A DNA stretch of 61,022 nt, the filler included, from Catajapyx aquilonaris (taxonomy: Eukaryota): the NCBI GenBank assembly GCA_000934665.2. It is 3 parts of 3 records of this genome, joined end to end, with 100 filler letters (N's around TTAATTAATTAA, not from the genome) between each part and the next. Parts side by side here need not be neighbours in the genome. Positions count along the whole stretch, not along the records: positions 1 to 20,270 come from JYFJ02006302.1; positions 20,371 to 40,649 come from JYFJ02006303.1; 1 more part is not named here. One strand, 5' to 3'. The position numbers and the translations under genes were made by a program. Position 1 is the first letter of the stretch. Each line of letters begins with the position of its first letter. A model generated the notes under the pieces. That model was given only the letters and a program-made list of their open reading frames with translations. It was not told where the DNA came from and did no database searches. This document shows positions 14,971 to 27,900 of this stretch, piece after piece.

Positions 14971-17900
14971 CTTCTAGGGTGAGTCCAATATATTTTCGAG
15001 ACCGTCTCTAAAGTAAAATAGCGGTTGGATACAAAATGGTGCTTTTCTCCCCAGTATCGCGCAATATTTCGGGAGCGAATGGGCACAATTCGTTCTTATC
15101 CGAGAAAAACAAGGCTATTTGATTGGCTCGAGTGGGATAGACTGGGCTCTGAGATGGGTCCTGGTTAGATACAAAAAGGATGCTGCGGAGTACAGGTGCA
15201 TCCAACGGATCGATCCAAAAGATGTCGGGGAGAGGACAGCCAGGTATAACTGCGTACTTGCAGGGTGTGTCAAAAGTACTAGTCTAAAATGTTTCTTGGG
15301 ATTTGCTCCATAATAGCTGCTAATCCGCCCTGGCAATCTGGACCAATCGAAAGTCCTGGAAGAGCAAACAGGGATTGTGTAACAGTGTTTTTTAAGGGTC
15401 ATGGTTTCTTTCTCCTTTTTTCTATTGTACCAGAGCTCGTTTCTGTGTTCGTGTCCGCAGGCTCTAAAATGCGCGTGATCTGGCTGCCTGATTTCAATGT
15501 CCAGTGAAACAAAGGGCCTCTCTGCAGGCATATCATTACGTTTCCCTGCAGTAAAAGGCATGGGAAGAGATATCAAGCAAATTGCTCGAGTTGTATTTGC
15601 CTAACGTGTTTGTACTATCGGGATCATAAAAAATATCAAACATTTTTCAACTGCAGATTGCGATCTACGCGTAGTTATTTTAAACAATTTTATCGTAAGG
15701 TCAATATCAGGCTATTTTAGCATCGGGGCCTTTATCTCTAGTGAAAACAGAGTTACTTTCTCTGCCATTTGAAATGCTACAAGGCAGTTCAGCACGGAAA
15801 TTCTAATATCTGCATATTTCGCCAAGTTATTGTTACGGAAGAGATGTCCCCGTCATGTGCACCATGTTATCCTTGTCGTCTTTTCTTGTTATCTTTTTTT
15901 TTAAAGGGCGGTAGTAGTTTTCGGAGAAGATCCCGGAAAATTTCCCAGAGAAACCCTCTCACGCGGAAATGGAGGGGGCGACAGATGTTTAAACTGCATC
16001 ACGGACCCGAGGAGAAATTTTCCAATAAAGTTGCAGCGGGTGCAGCAGAACCTTAATACGAGAGTGCGTGGAGTAACTTTTAAGTTGCTGTTGTGGTCCA
16101 GTTTCTTGCCTCTTATTGGAACCTAATGCACTGCCGTTGAAACTTTTATTGCATGTCCCGCAATCTTCGTCTTTCTTGGGGGCAGCTTGTATCTAAAGGA
16201 TGTTTTCACAAGTTTTTGAGCCTGCAGGTTGTACTTCGTGTGATACAAGGGTGCGGTTGCATGGAAGTTAGGATGAAAATGGAAACGAAATATGCCAACA
16301 ATTTTCTCCGTAGTGTAAAGTCCCATTTCAATTGTACGCGAGTGATTGTAAATTGACTGGTCCATTGTATTGTTAACTGTGTGCTTAATAATAAATGCAA
16401 TTTTCATTTAACCTAGTGCTCGTAAACATTCCGGCTCTTTTGTTCCTGAAAATGCTCGGCATGTTGTAATCACGTCACGGGTCAAATACACTGCACTGTT
16501 CGCCCCTTAATCCAGCAAATTGAGGGTGCACTGTAGGCGAAAATTGCACAAGTTAACGATTTTATTTGGCCCGGGAAACCAAACCAGCTGCCGTGCTAAA
16601 GCTTGAAGGGAAAAAGACACGAAAGCCTTTCATTCGCAGCCGGCTTAGCATCTGGAACAAAGAGACACCTTATTCCCCCTAGGCGATCTCCTCTCAATTG
16701 AAATTCAAACTACTTCAAAACATTAGCGACATGCATTTGGTATTCCAAGCCCGGCTCCAGGAGAACAAGACGAGCCCTTTATCACTCACTTCCTCCTAAA
16801 TTAACCCAGTTGTTGTATTGTGTGTCTCTGACATACCCTGCAATGCACACATGCCTGTGCGTCTGTTTGTCCGCGGTGAGTCATCAGTATGATGCGCCAT
16901 CTATGTAAGATATATAGTAATACTTTCACATTGAAAGTTGTGGGCGGGGGGCAATGGTTCCAATTTTGTTTATATTTTCAAAAGGCAAAGTGCACTTTCT
17001 GGTTGTTTACTTTATATGGAGAAGTAAATAAATGTTTTCCCACATGAGCACCCAGAGGTCTCTCCTTTTATTTACGGCCGATAAACCCTCGGCTAAGGAG
17101 CGATAAATTAGCGGCCTCGGCATTTACATGTTTGCGTGGCTAGAGTAATAAGGCGAAGAAGAAGAAAAAAAAAGAGTAACACCACTTTGCCAATGACCTT
17201 GTTTGCATGACCACAAATTCTTTTCGACATGTCGTGTCCCAACCCCATGGCAAAGTTTAGACCCCCACCATCATTCAAAGCGGGGGCGGACTATATTTAG
17301 GGAGCCTGACCTGCGATGAGAGCGTGTTTGGCTAAAATGCATGGTTGGATATTATACAGCACCCAGCCGAAAATTACCAGTTAACCAGTTCTTATCCTCT
17401 CACGCGTCTGTTGGGAACCGCTTTTTGGTGTAATTGCCAATAAGGGCGATTGCTTACTCAGGCCTGGGCCGGGCTGTACTGTAGCATGGCTGGTTATTTG
17501 GGAAATATGACTGTCAGGTAGTCAACACGATGAGGAATATCTTAACTGGAAGGTATATATTGCAAAAAAAAAAAAAACTTGTCAAAACCTGTATAAAATA
17601 ATCGAAATAATTCAGTTCATATCATTCGGAGAGAAACTGGGGGAAATATTATGAAGGATTACTCACTCCAGTCGCGCATGCGCACAAATATGCGCGGGCT
17701 GAATCTACAGTAGAAAAGCGCTTGCGCGACTGGAGTGTGTAATCCATCACGGACAATATACTGCATGGCAAATATTTGGAATAATTTTTAGATTTTTTTT
17801 CCCAGGACACGCGATGGCCATTAGTGACTTTCAAGCTGCGTAATGGTGATTATAGAATTTGGTGGCTCGGCACAACCTGAATAATTAAGCTCCAAAACTA

Positions 17901-18156
17901 TTTTCGCGCTTGAGTAACCCCCGCTCTCTCCTGAGGGCTTCATTATTCAGTCCGAAAATTAAAACTTTCTCCCGTACAGTAGGAAGGTATTTTCCAGGCA
18001 TGGCATTTCTGCATGCCCTACCTACCTGCCTCGCTTTAGTACATGCTAATTGCATTGTGCCCGCATACTTCAGTCTCCGGCACACACATTGGCACACTCA
18101 CTTGTGTTTCCACTACGCTGAACCTACTGATGGCATATATCCCATGATTCGCCTTT

Positions 18157-18160
<4 letters not shown>

Positions 18161-18193
<33 letters not shown>
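18161..18193. repeat. (GA)n microsatellite
   Basis: Uninterrupted GA run of about 16 units. Confidence 0.95.
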
Positions 18194-18195
<2 letters not shown>

Positions 18196-20270
18196 CCCGA
18201 GTGCCACTGAGCTATTCAATGAGCTTAGCCCTGTAGTAAGAGCTCTAATTCATAATACATAGGCTTGCACACCCAGCTAGAACCCATGCCCTGACGAGAG
18301 TAATGGCGTTTTGTTGAATACTATTTAACTAGTAATTTCAGTGAGAAGCTGTATAAAATACAATATTAGTGAACAATGTGAGGGGCAGTTGTAGGCTACC
18401 AACTCAATTTAACGATAAGAGTTCGCATTTTTTTGAGGTCGTTTTTGGAGCAGAGCGAAAGAATCTTCCCCTTTTTACAAAAGTTATTGGTGCCATTTGT
18501 CACGTCCTTTCAAATGTGTAAGATCCGCCCTAAAGGCTGAGAAACACGTTAACAACAAAAGGCCTAGCCCCGGTAGCGGTCACGGTTCAAATCAATCACT
18601 ACTACACGACTTTGCGTGGCTGTTCACATTCAATATATTTACCATGTGGTAGCCACAGGTCATTGCCACACTCTTATAAAGTGTGGTGGCTATAAAACTC
18701 AATGCAAGTCACTTTGTAACTTCAGCGCGCCTTTTCTAATAATAATCATTTCTAATAATACGACACTGACCATGACATCTGTTCCAACCCACGTCCATTT
18801 AAAAGGTTTTTGGAAGTCATGCCATGCGTGCTGGTTTATCTCACGTGCCGATCTTTTACTCTCAACCTTTTAAATGTATGAATTTTACACACTGCTATAG
18901 TGGACCTGCTCATTTTTGATTCGTACTAGAGTAGGCTGGTTGTACAAAATAAATTTTAAAGAGTCTTCGAGGTGCAGGCTGGTGGAATGAACTGTGGAGA
19001 GAATAGAAGAGCAAATTGCGTGCATGCAACTTGGGTTTCCTCTTTGGGATTCCTATTAGGTTGGCCCCCCTCTGGTTAATCAACGGGTGCCTGGCGTCAA
19101 GGCTACCTGACCTCTTTCCCAGTGGCGTCAGGTCACGCATGCGGTCCAAAATGCCACGTCAAAATGGTCGATATAAGGGCACCTCCCGCAAGGCATCACC
19201 CACAACTTCAGTTTTAAAATAAAAACATTCACAGGTTGATTCAAAACAATTGCGAATAAGCTGCTCTTGCTATTAATCAGTTACTTTTAGTGGCTATGAA
19301 GAGTATTAGCTGTGTGCAAAAATTGAATTGTTATAGTTCACATTAGATGTCGGCAACTCCTCGATTGCTGCTGGTTTGCCAAGAAAATTGCTGCAAATGT
19401 GTGCACTGTAATTATTTCCTGGAGTTCGTGTCATGTGCTTGGTCGACTATAGTCGTCCGTAACAGTCGGTTCCAGCTTTATTCAACTTTGAGGTCGGGGC
19501 ATTTTTTTTCCTGTGAAATCGTGGAATAGGAACAGGTGGTGGCCCGAGAGGCTTCCTGTTATTCAAACGTTTAATGCTCAAAGTTGTAAGCCTATTTCCA
19601 CAGCGAAGGGATCAAATTGTGTAAATATAAGCGGCCGTATTTAATGTGGGCTCGCTTTTAAGGTGCAGACGTAACAAATGTTTTAGAGGCTCTTGATCGA
19701 TTGCTTTGGTCGATTAATCGGCCACACATCGACTGTTCAAACATGCTCAAAATAAGTCCTCAACATGGGGAATAAAGGTCAACTTTTATCCGTGAAATAT
19801 GAATTGAGGTAAATAGCACATTCGACACGCACTTGTCACATGTTACGTTGGGTATCTAAAGTTAATACGGACATACGACTATACTCGAGGGGCACTAGAA
19901 ATAAATTGGGTGATAGTAAATCTATGGGACGATTTTTTTTACAAATTTCATAATAGTGCATATGCCGAACAAATTATTTTAAAAAACAACTGCATTATTA
20001 TTGAATCGGTGGATACAAAGACAGTTCAACTATTTTCTAAATTAGAGGATATAGAATTCATTGTGATCATGTGCAGTAAAAGCCTAGTGTAGGCCTACTT
20101 ACAATCAGAGGTCGTGAAGAGTATCTCAAACCAAAGAGTAGTTTACCTGAAAAAAGGGAATGGTCATATTATAACACTGAAAACCTGGAGTGCATTAAAA
20201 TATGCACGAAGTGAATATGTGTAGCAGAATATGCACCCATCACATGAAATTATGCACGAAATGTCAATGG

Positions 20271-20370
20271 NNNNNNNNNNNNNNNNNNNNNNNNNNNNNN
20301 NNNNNNNNNNNNNNTTAATTAATTAANNNNNNNNNNNNNNNNNNNNNNNNNNNNNNNNNNNNNNNNNNNN
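20271..20370. other. Artificial contig linker (N44-TTAATTAATTAA-N44)
   Basis: 44 N + TTAATTAATTAA (stops in all six frames) + 44 N; identical to the linker at 40650-40749. Confidence 0.97.
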
Positions 20371-20553
20371 AGGGCTTGCCAACGAACATCTCCCAACTGT
20401 CCTGAACCATCCGGAAAAATTGGAATATGCATCTTCAACCCAGAAGTCAACTGTCTGGGTGATTCCAACTGCAAAAAGAATTGGATTTGCTGCCCTGAAG
20501 GCTGCGGTAAGGTGTGCAAAAAACCTGTGTCTCATTGCAAGTCACATGAATAG
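20371..20553 (+). CDS. 3' terminal coding segment of a WAP (whey acidic protein, four-disulfide core) domain protein; 5' part is off the contig
   Basis: Frame from 20371 reads RACQRTSPNCPEPSGKIGICIFNPEVNCLGDSNCKKNWICCPEGCGKVCKKPVSHCKSHE*. It has the eight-Cys WAP pattern CP...C...C..D..C.....CC...CG..C..P. Not in the ORF track. Confidence 0.85.
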   Translation, partial: RACQRTSPNCPEPSGKIGICIFNPEVNCLGDSNCKKNWICCPEGCGKVCKKPVSHCKSHE

Positions 20554-20920
20554 CAATAGCCGCCTGTTAATTCAATGCACACGCTGCGTAACACTGCAGA
20601 AAAATAATGGCTCTATTGTATGTATGGTGGGCGTACAAGAAAAAAACCAGGCTTGGCCATTTTGAGTTATTCATACCGTTTTGTAGGATTTTTTTCTGCT
20701 GTATTATATCTGGTGACGTCCATTTAGTCCTAAAGACTCACAGGGAGCCAGGAAGAGAGGATTTTCTTCCTTCATTGGCATGTGAGCAATCGATTAACTC
20801 AAAACTAGTGTTTTTGGGACTTTATATTTTTCTCTTGTATGCCCACGATATGTATTATACAGATAAGCACATGACAGCCAGTTGTAGATCAGTGCAAAAC
20901 TGCGAAGCAAACATTACACA

Positions 20921-21105
20921 CATATTATTCTCATGTAATCCACATGTAATGGACATACTGCTCCCATGTTATTATGCACATATTGCTCTCATGTAATGCA
21001 TATATTATTCTCATGTAATCCACATGTAATGGACATACTGCTCCCATGTTATTATGCACATATTGCTCTCATGTAATGCATATATTATTCTCGTGTAATA
21101 CACAT
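20921..21105. repeat. 80-bp tandem duplication (~2.3 copies)
   Basis: ATATTATTCTC(A/G)TGTAAT.CACAT recurs at 20922, 21002 and 21082; the first two units are near-identical. Confidence 0.9.
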
Positions 21106-21239
21106 TATATTAATGCAATCCCGACCCACACAAAAAAAGACCAAGTCAATAAATCTCTGAAAAATTAAACCGAATAATTATTACAATCATGTGACACCAC
21201 CAACACCTCACAAACCACCCCCTGCAACGGTCTACCCAC

Positions 21240-21334
21240 CTCTTAGATCCCCAGATGAGAACCGGCACATTGTCCCTGGACCCTTGAGCCACCGCAAGGC
21301 AGCCCAAAAGCAGAGGCAGAACCCTCGAGAGCAT
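21240..21334 (-). other. ATP6AP1-like first exon (signal peptide); paralog start or pseudo-exon
   Basis: Reads MLSRVLPLLLGCLAVAQGSRDNVPVLIWGSK with a phase-2 GT donor at the same position as ATP6AP1 exon 1 (...ESDYVPVLVWGSK). No matching exon 2 was found before the contig end. Confidence 0.6.
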
Positions 21335-21699
21335 GGCCCAGGAGATGAGATTCGTCCGATGAAAATTCCACCCAAAATGTTCGGCCATTTTTGGAACACC
21401 GTCATGTGCTGGCAGGGTGACCAGACCAATATGACTCATCCGGGTTGGGGGGGTGAGCAGTAAAAATGATTAATCATTGATAAGGTAGTCATTCCGGCTT
21501 ACTCACTCATAGTCATTAAAATTATGGGTTAATTAGTTTAGCGCACTTAGTTCATACCGGTTCATACTGATCACTGTGATTAGCATGTTTACACATTCCA
21601 AGTATAGCTCATTGGCTCGTCAGTCTATATCCCGCTTGTTGATTGGTCCATCACATTTGGAACTGGCACGTAGCAGCACAAGTACGTCACATCCGCTTT

Positions 21700-21722
21700 A
21701 CCTCTCCCTCCTCACTTCCGGT
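21700..21722 (+). promoter_or_regulatory. Pyrimidine-rich (TCT/5'TOP-like) start region of RPS23
   Basis: CCTCTCCCTCCTCACTTCC about 50-65 bp upstream of the RPS23 ATG, as is typical of ribosomal protein genes. Confidence 0.45.
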
Positions 21723-21766
21723 TGTAGCGTGGTCGACTCAGGAAGGAGACAAACTTCGCTCCAAAA

Positions 21767-22778
<1,012 letters not shown>

Positions 22779-22828
22779 GCATTGGGTTGAAATAAAAAAT
22801 CGCAAATCCTTTGAAACCGATTTTTAAT

Positions 22829-24608
22829 TTAATCCACCCCTGGAATAACTAGCACCTTTCCCTTCGGGTCATCGAACAAGTCATTTGTTTTCACGCTTGC
22901 AATCATGTATATGGCCCACAGCAGGATTATTCCCATGATGGCCGTCACGAAGAGGGTAGTCAAGATTCCAATAGTGAAGAATGTGACGCAGTCCCATCCG
23001 TCGCTGAACTTCCCGTGGGTCACGTTGAACGGCTGGACTTGCACTGCCACCAGTAAGACGCTGGAGTTGTGCAACAGACCTTCGGTTTTGTTGTTTGGTT
23101 TGAGGATCACGTTCTGGTAGCAGTGGTAGGAGAAAGTCAATGGTGCCGTCACCATGCTACCACCAACATAGGTGACATTCTCGTTAAGATCCACGTCGTC
23201 ACTCGTGAAGGCAATTTCGGTATCGCTCATTGACCAGTATTTGGTGTGGTTGTTCATAATGAAATTAAATCTGTAATGGGTGCACACAATTAGATTAGGC
23301 ACATTTTGAAGTTGTCAGTCTCAAGCTCAATTTCTGGTTCTGGAATCACTCGACTGCAACAGATTCTGTTAGAAATGTGCCTGTTTTGCAAGTTCATATG
23401 CTAGAGACTTACTTGAGTGTGATGCTGTGGAAATCTTCAATATCTTTATCGAATGTCACATGCAAATGGGCCTTGCCATCTGCAATGCCACCAGTTACAT
23501 GAGAATAATTGCCCAGAGTTACATTCGTCCTGTATGGTATAAAAGTATCGGTCAAAGTGGAGATCCAGCATATTACTTCAAACAGTACAGTGAAGAGAGC
23601 TCGGACTTACGTGCCAATAAAAATAACTGGTTTGCCTTTTGCGTAGAATAACACGGTGTTGTTCTCATCTGCATAAAAGGAGTCTGTTATGTTGCTTGCT
23701 ACGTGATCTTCAATCTCGTAGTCCTCTTCAATCTCGTAATGGACTTCACGAACTGTCCTCTTTAACTGCGGCAAATCATCATTGATCTGTTGGATTTTAG
23801 TGTTAATTAGGCTTCCAAATAATTGCAAATGACTACTTACATAGTGTGACGTCCTTCCGGAAAAAATTGCTGTTACATCCCCAAACTTCTCTTTTAGCTC
23901 AACATAGATCCGCTCAATGTCTCGGTCTGTAACAAAATTACTTTACAATGTGAAATTTCAGACTCCACATAGGCGTACCATTGTTTCTTAAAACTCCAGC
24001 TCTGTCTTGATTCACCGTAGATGCGAGTGGGACCATTACTAGACTTGTGTTCAAGTCAGCTGACTTCATAGCTTGATTGTATTCGAGTATGTTGCGATCC
24101 GGTGACAGATCGATTGCGTCATAAGGAAAGGCCACTTGAGGTAAGAACAGAGCTTGCTTGGCCATGAGTCGAAGCGATGGAAATAACGGTCCATGTTTGT
24201 CCGGGAGATTCAGATCTTCAAGACTCAACTGTAATTGAAATCATCATTAGGAAATTAATATATTTTTTGGACAATTATTATTACCACCATGTAATCTGCA
24301 AGCAATGATGATTCAGTGCGTAATAATGTCATAATTCACATACCGAATCTTGCACGAAGAAGACACCTGGTCCATTAATTTTCATGAGAACTTGCGAATA
24401 AAAGTCGTCCATGCTCAGCCGCTTCAGCGAAGGTTGATCAATTTGCAAGCTGCAGACAAAAGTTGATGAGGACTGGTGTGTCGTTTAAATGCATTTAAAT
24501 ACAGTACCTTTTGGAGCCCCACACAAGTACCGGCACGTAATCACTCTCATTTCCCAAAACTACTGCGCACAAACAGATCAAACCCAGTGCATGCAAGACG
24601 CCCATCAT
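22829..24608 (-). CDS. ATP6AP1: V-type proton ATPase subunit S1 (Ac45), ~425 aa, 7 exons: 24608-24508, 24449-24344, 24228-23979, 23926-23841, 23786-23611, 23529-23413, 23270-22829
   Basis: Signal peptide followed by VPVLVW; furin-like RTVR; C-terminal VQVQPFNV...FSDGWDCVTFFT, a TM helix, then KTNDLFDDPKGK, characteristic of Ac45. Exon phases are consistent (1278 nt). Confidence 0.92.
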
Positions 24609-24954
24609 GCTAAAAATCAGTGAAACCAGGTTGCGAGAAGGAAGCACAATCATTAAACGTGTGACTGATATTGTATCTGTTGGTGATGTCACTGATACGG
24701 AATTTTTGGGGCGGACAGTGATTCTGACCAATTAATAATTATTCATGAAGGTACGAGCGGACAGGAGGCAAACAAATGATACCCAAATGCAACCTTCTCA
24801 AGGACGCATAGGGTATGAGGGGAGGGTTGGCTTTACAAACACAAGATTTGGTCGTGCAACTGGATCGCAGCATATTCCAGCTTCATGAGGAGATAAGGTT
24901 GGAGTGGAGACGAGAAAGGTACATAAGACTGCTGATTACACAAACGGCTCAGTG

Positions 24955-27900
24955 ATGTTGTGCTGGTGGGGGGTTATCCTGGTTGTGGTCCTAGTTAAAG
25001 CAGAAGTCGAACCAACTTGCACGTTTGTATTAGAGGTAACGACTTGTCCATTTTTATCTCTTTCATTACAATTTGGTGACGTTTAATTTAAGCCGCATGC
25101 AGATTATTTCAGATGGAGAAAGGAGATAACTGCATAATTATAGTTGTTTCCCTCTCATAGTCCCATTTTTCTGACATCTACCAACTTGTGGCTTATTGCG
25201 ATTGTAATAACTGAAATATTTTGTAGGGTCAACATCGCAAGGTGTTCACATGTGCCACGTTTTCCATTAATTATGGTAAGTGGCTGAAGTGTAGTGTAAC
25301 GAACTGCTCAGCAAATTAACACTTTTAATGCACCTGCAGAATGCAAGAAACCAGATAAATTGGAAATTTCCGCTGAAGAATCCGGAGTCACAAAACCGTC
25401 AACTTCATGGAAATGGTTAGAAAATGCGACTCATCCCTCGGTGAACATTGAATTTTCAGTGCTGAATACACAACCTGGTAAAAGTTTTGTGAGAAGTTCT
25501 GCAAAACACGTTCTAATGATAATTTATTTTCAGTGCATGTGATTATTTTGAGACATAATGAGACCATATGCATGTATCTGAATGTGGGCGACCATGTGCC
25601 GAGAAATGGGAAGGTTCGAGTCAGCATTGCTTCAGTACAGCTGACCGCAGGTGAAACATACCGGTTGCAGTTTCTAGGCAGCAATGGAAGGAAACAGCAG
25701 GAACTGCGGCTTGAACTGCCTCGCAGAGTCAAAGGTTATTATGATTACATTTTGAAAAATTGGAAGCAGCTTTGTTCTGCGTTCAGCAGTTTTCTGTTAT
25801 GTTGGACAAAAATATATTCAACGTTACCCTGCTTAATGAAGCCTAAGGATATCATTTCGTTTCTTGAATTTAGACATGGTTGTAACAGAGAAGCACAGAC
25901 CTCGGAAAAAACAGAAGTGCCGGCATCATGGTGATCAGATGCTGAGAATGAAGAGGAACCTTGGCACCCTCGTCGTATATCCACCTTCAGAAGTCAGGCA
26001 TTGTCACGTAAAGCTGTACCGAATTGAATACACTCAGCAGCACTGCAAAGGCTCGTGCCCTGTTATGCGTTATGACAACTGGTATCGCAATCAGTATGTC
26101 AGCTCATCACATGCGCAGTTTGATGACCTGACTGCAGGGTGTTACTGCGTTGGAATCAATTCTAAGAGGTCATGTCCGCCCGAAATAACAACTGTTTTCT
26201 GGATTGAAGGCACTGGGAGTGAATCGCAATGGGTTTTATGGGTCCAGCCTTATCCTGCGTTGTAAGTGCAATGAAATAATCTACTTTCCAACATTCCCTT
26301 TAACCGCACTTTACCTCCACAAATTAACCAATACCAGCCTAGCTAAGTCACGTAAACATCCTGTACTAACATACACTGTACTAACAGAAAGGAGATAAGC
26401 ATGATGCTCACCTGGCCAACCAGATGCAATAACCCAGTGCATGTGACCCTCAATTCTGGTGCTTTTCCTTGCGACATAAAGTGTGACAACTCTGTCAACA
26501 ACTGCACAGGATTGTTTCACCAAAAAATACAACTGAGGCCTGACGTGAGTTAGTGCCAATCACTTGTTTTTTTTTTGCCTTTCTTTGTTGCATAGACGCA
26601 GTGTGTACGTCCGCTTCAGTGTCCCAGTTTGGCCCTGTGGTGGCCATTTCAAAGAAATTGTCATGTCTGTCATGCACGGGATACACAGCTGCAGCGAGAG
26701 GTGGAGAGGTCGAGTGATCCGCCGTCTCAAAACAGGATTGGTATTGTGTTTATTTGCACCTGGCCGATTATTACTCATTTTCTGTTATATTTGCAGACCA
26801 ATGGGACATACACTTTTAATGAGCTTCAACCTGGAAACTATTGTATTCGAGTAAGTTTTTAGACGCTCGATTAACATCACCTGCTTTTATCGGATAAAAT
26901 CAGAAATCATTGCAGCATGAATGATTTAGAAGTTTTTGGCCATTTTCACTACAATGACTTTGTTCAGTATGTACTTAAAGTGAATGTAACATTTCTGGCA
27001 TTACAGGTGAGACCGAGAGAATGCAACAATCCGTACGAACCATGCTGTGAACATGTCTATAGCAAAACTGTCGAGCTGCTGTGTAGGTATTATTTTACTT
27101 ATCTGAAATCAAATGCTTTCAACCACAGGAAATGTTACCAAACCATTTTAAATGCAGTTGAATCAGGATACAACAGACTTCTAGTGACTGCAAAAAACAG
27201 TATGTTATGACCGAGGTCTGTTATAGCCAAATTGTCACTTTTGCAATGAATGCACATGTTTTCTGCTTTCAACACTGGACGTTTGCTGGGACTGGCCTGT
27301 TGAGTCTGTTATAACCGAAAGTCCTTTATAGCCAAGGCTGTTATATCCGGAGTCAACTGTAATTAACATTGAAGTGTTTTTTGCTGATTTCCCTGAAGGC
27401 TTTCCTTTACTTTTTCAGCTCTGTCACACGTAGATGATCATGACGATGAAGATGGAATGTCGAGTTTAGTCTATGTCTTTGTGGTGATATTTTTGGTGGT
27501 TGTCATACTGTGTGGTGTAGGGTATGGATGTTCAATGTTCCGGGAGTGGTATATCAACCGGGAAGGTACGTATTGGCATGCCATTGCTTAGTAGAATTTG
27601 GTGGCTAATTGACCTATTTTTTCAGGTGGTGAACTTCCGCATTCACATTCATTTGATCCGCTGTGTCAACCCAAAATTGTGCTATTATACACACGAGACT
27701 CGCCGCAATTGTGCGAGACTGCCAAATTGTTTAGAGAGATGTTGAAGGCCGCCAATTGCAAAGTAAGCTGCCAAGTACACTAGCAATGATTTCCACATAT
27801 TATGCAAATATTAAATCACATCGTGACATTATAAACATTACATAGTGTGAAAACTTACAATCCGGTTTTCACTTATTTCTGACTTTTTTCCCAAAAAATT

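Noticed and set aside
471..20092. The many 60-150 aa ORFs listed in contig 1
   Set aside because: No recognisable domains, coding-like composition or consistent exon chains; lengths are compatible with chance.
1..20270. Conserved arthropod miRNAs (miR-10, miR-993, iab-4/8, let-7, bantam and others)
   Set aside because: No mature sequence was spotted by eye; a miRBase/Rfam scan is needed to exclude them properly.
20319..20535. Minus-strand ORFs as downstream exons of the ATP6AP1-like paralog
   Set aside because: No convincing Ac45 similarity; better explained as antisense of the WAP exon.
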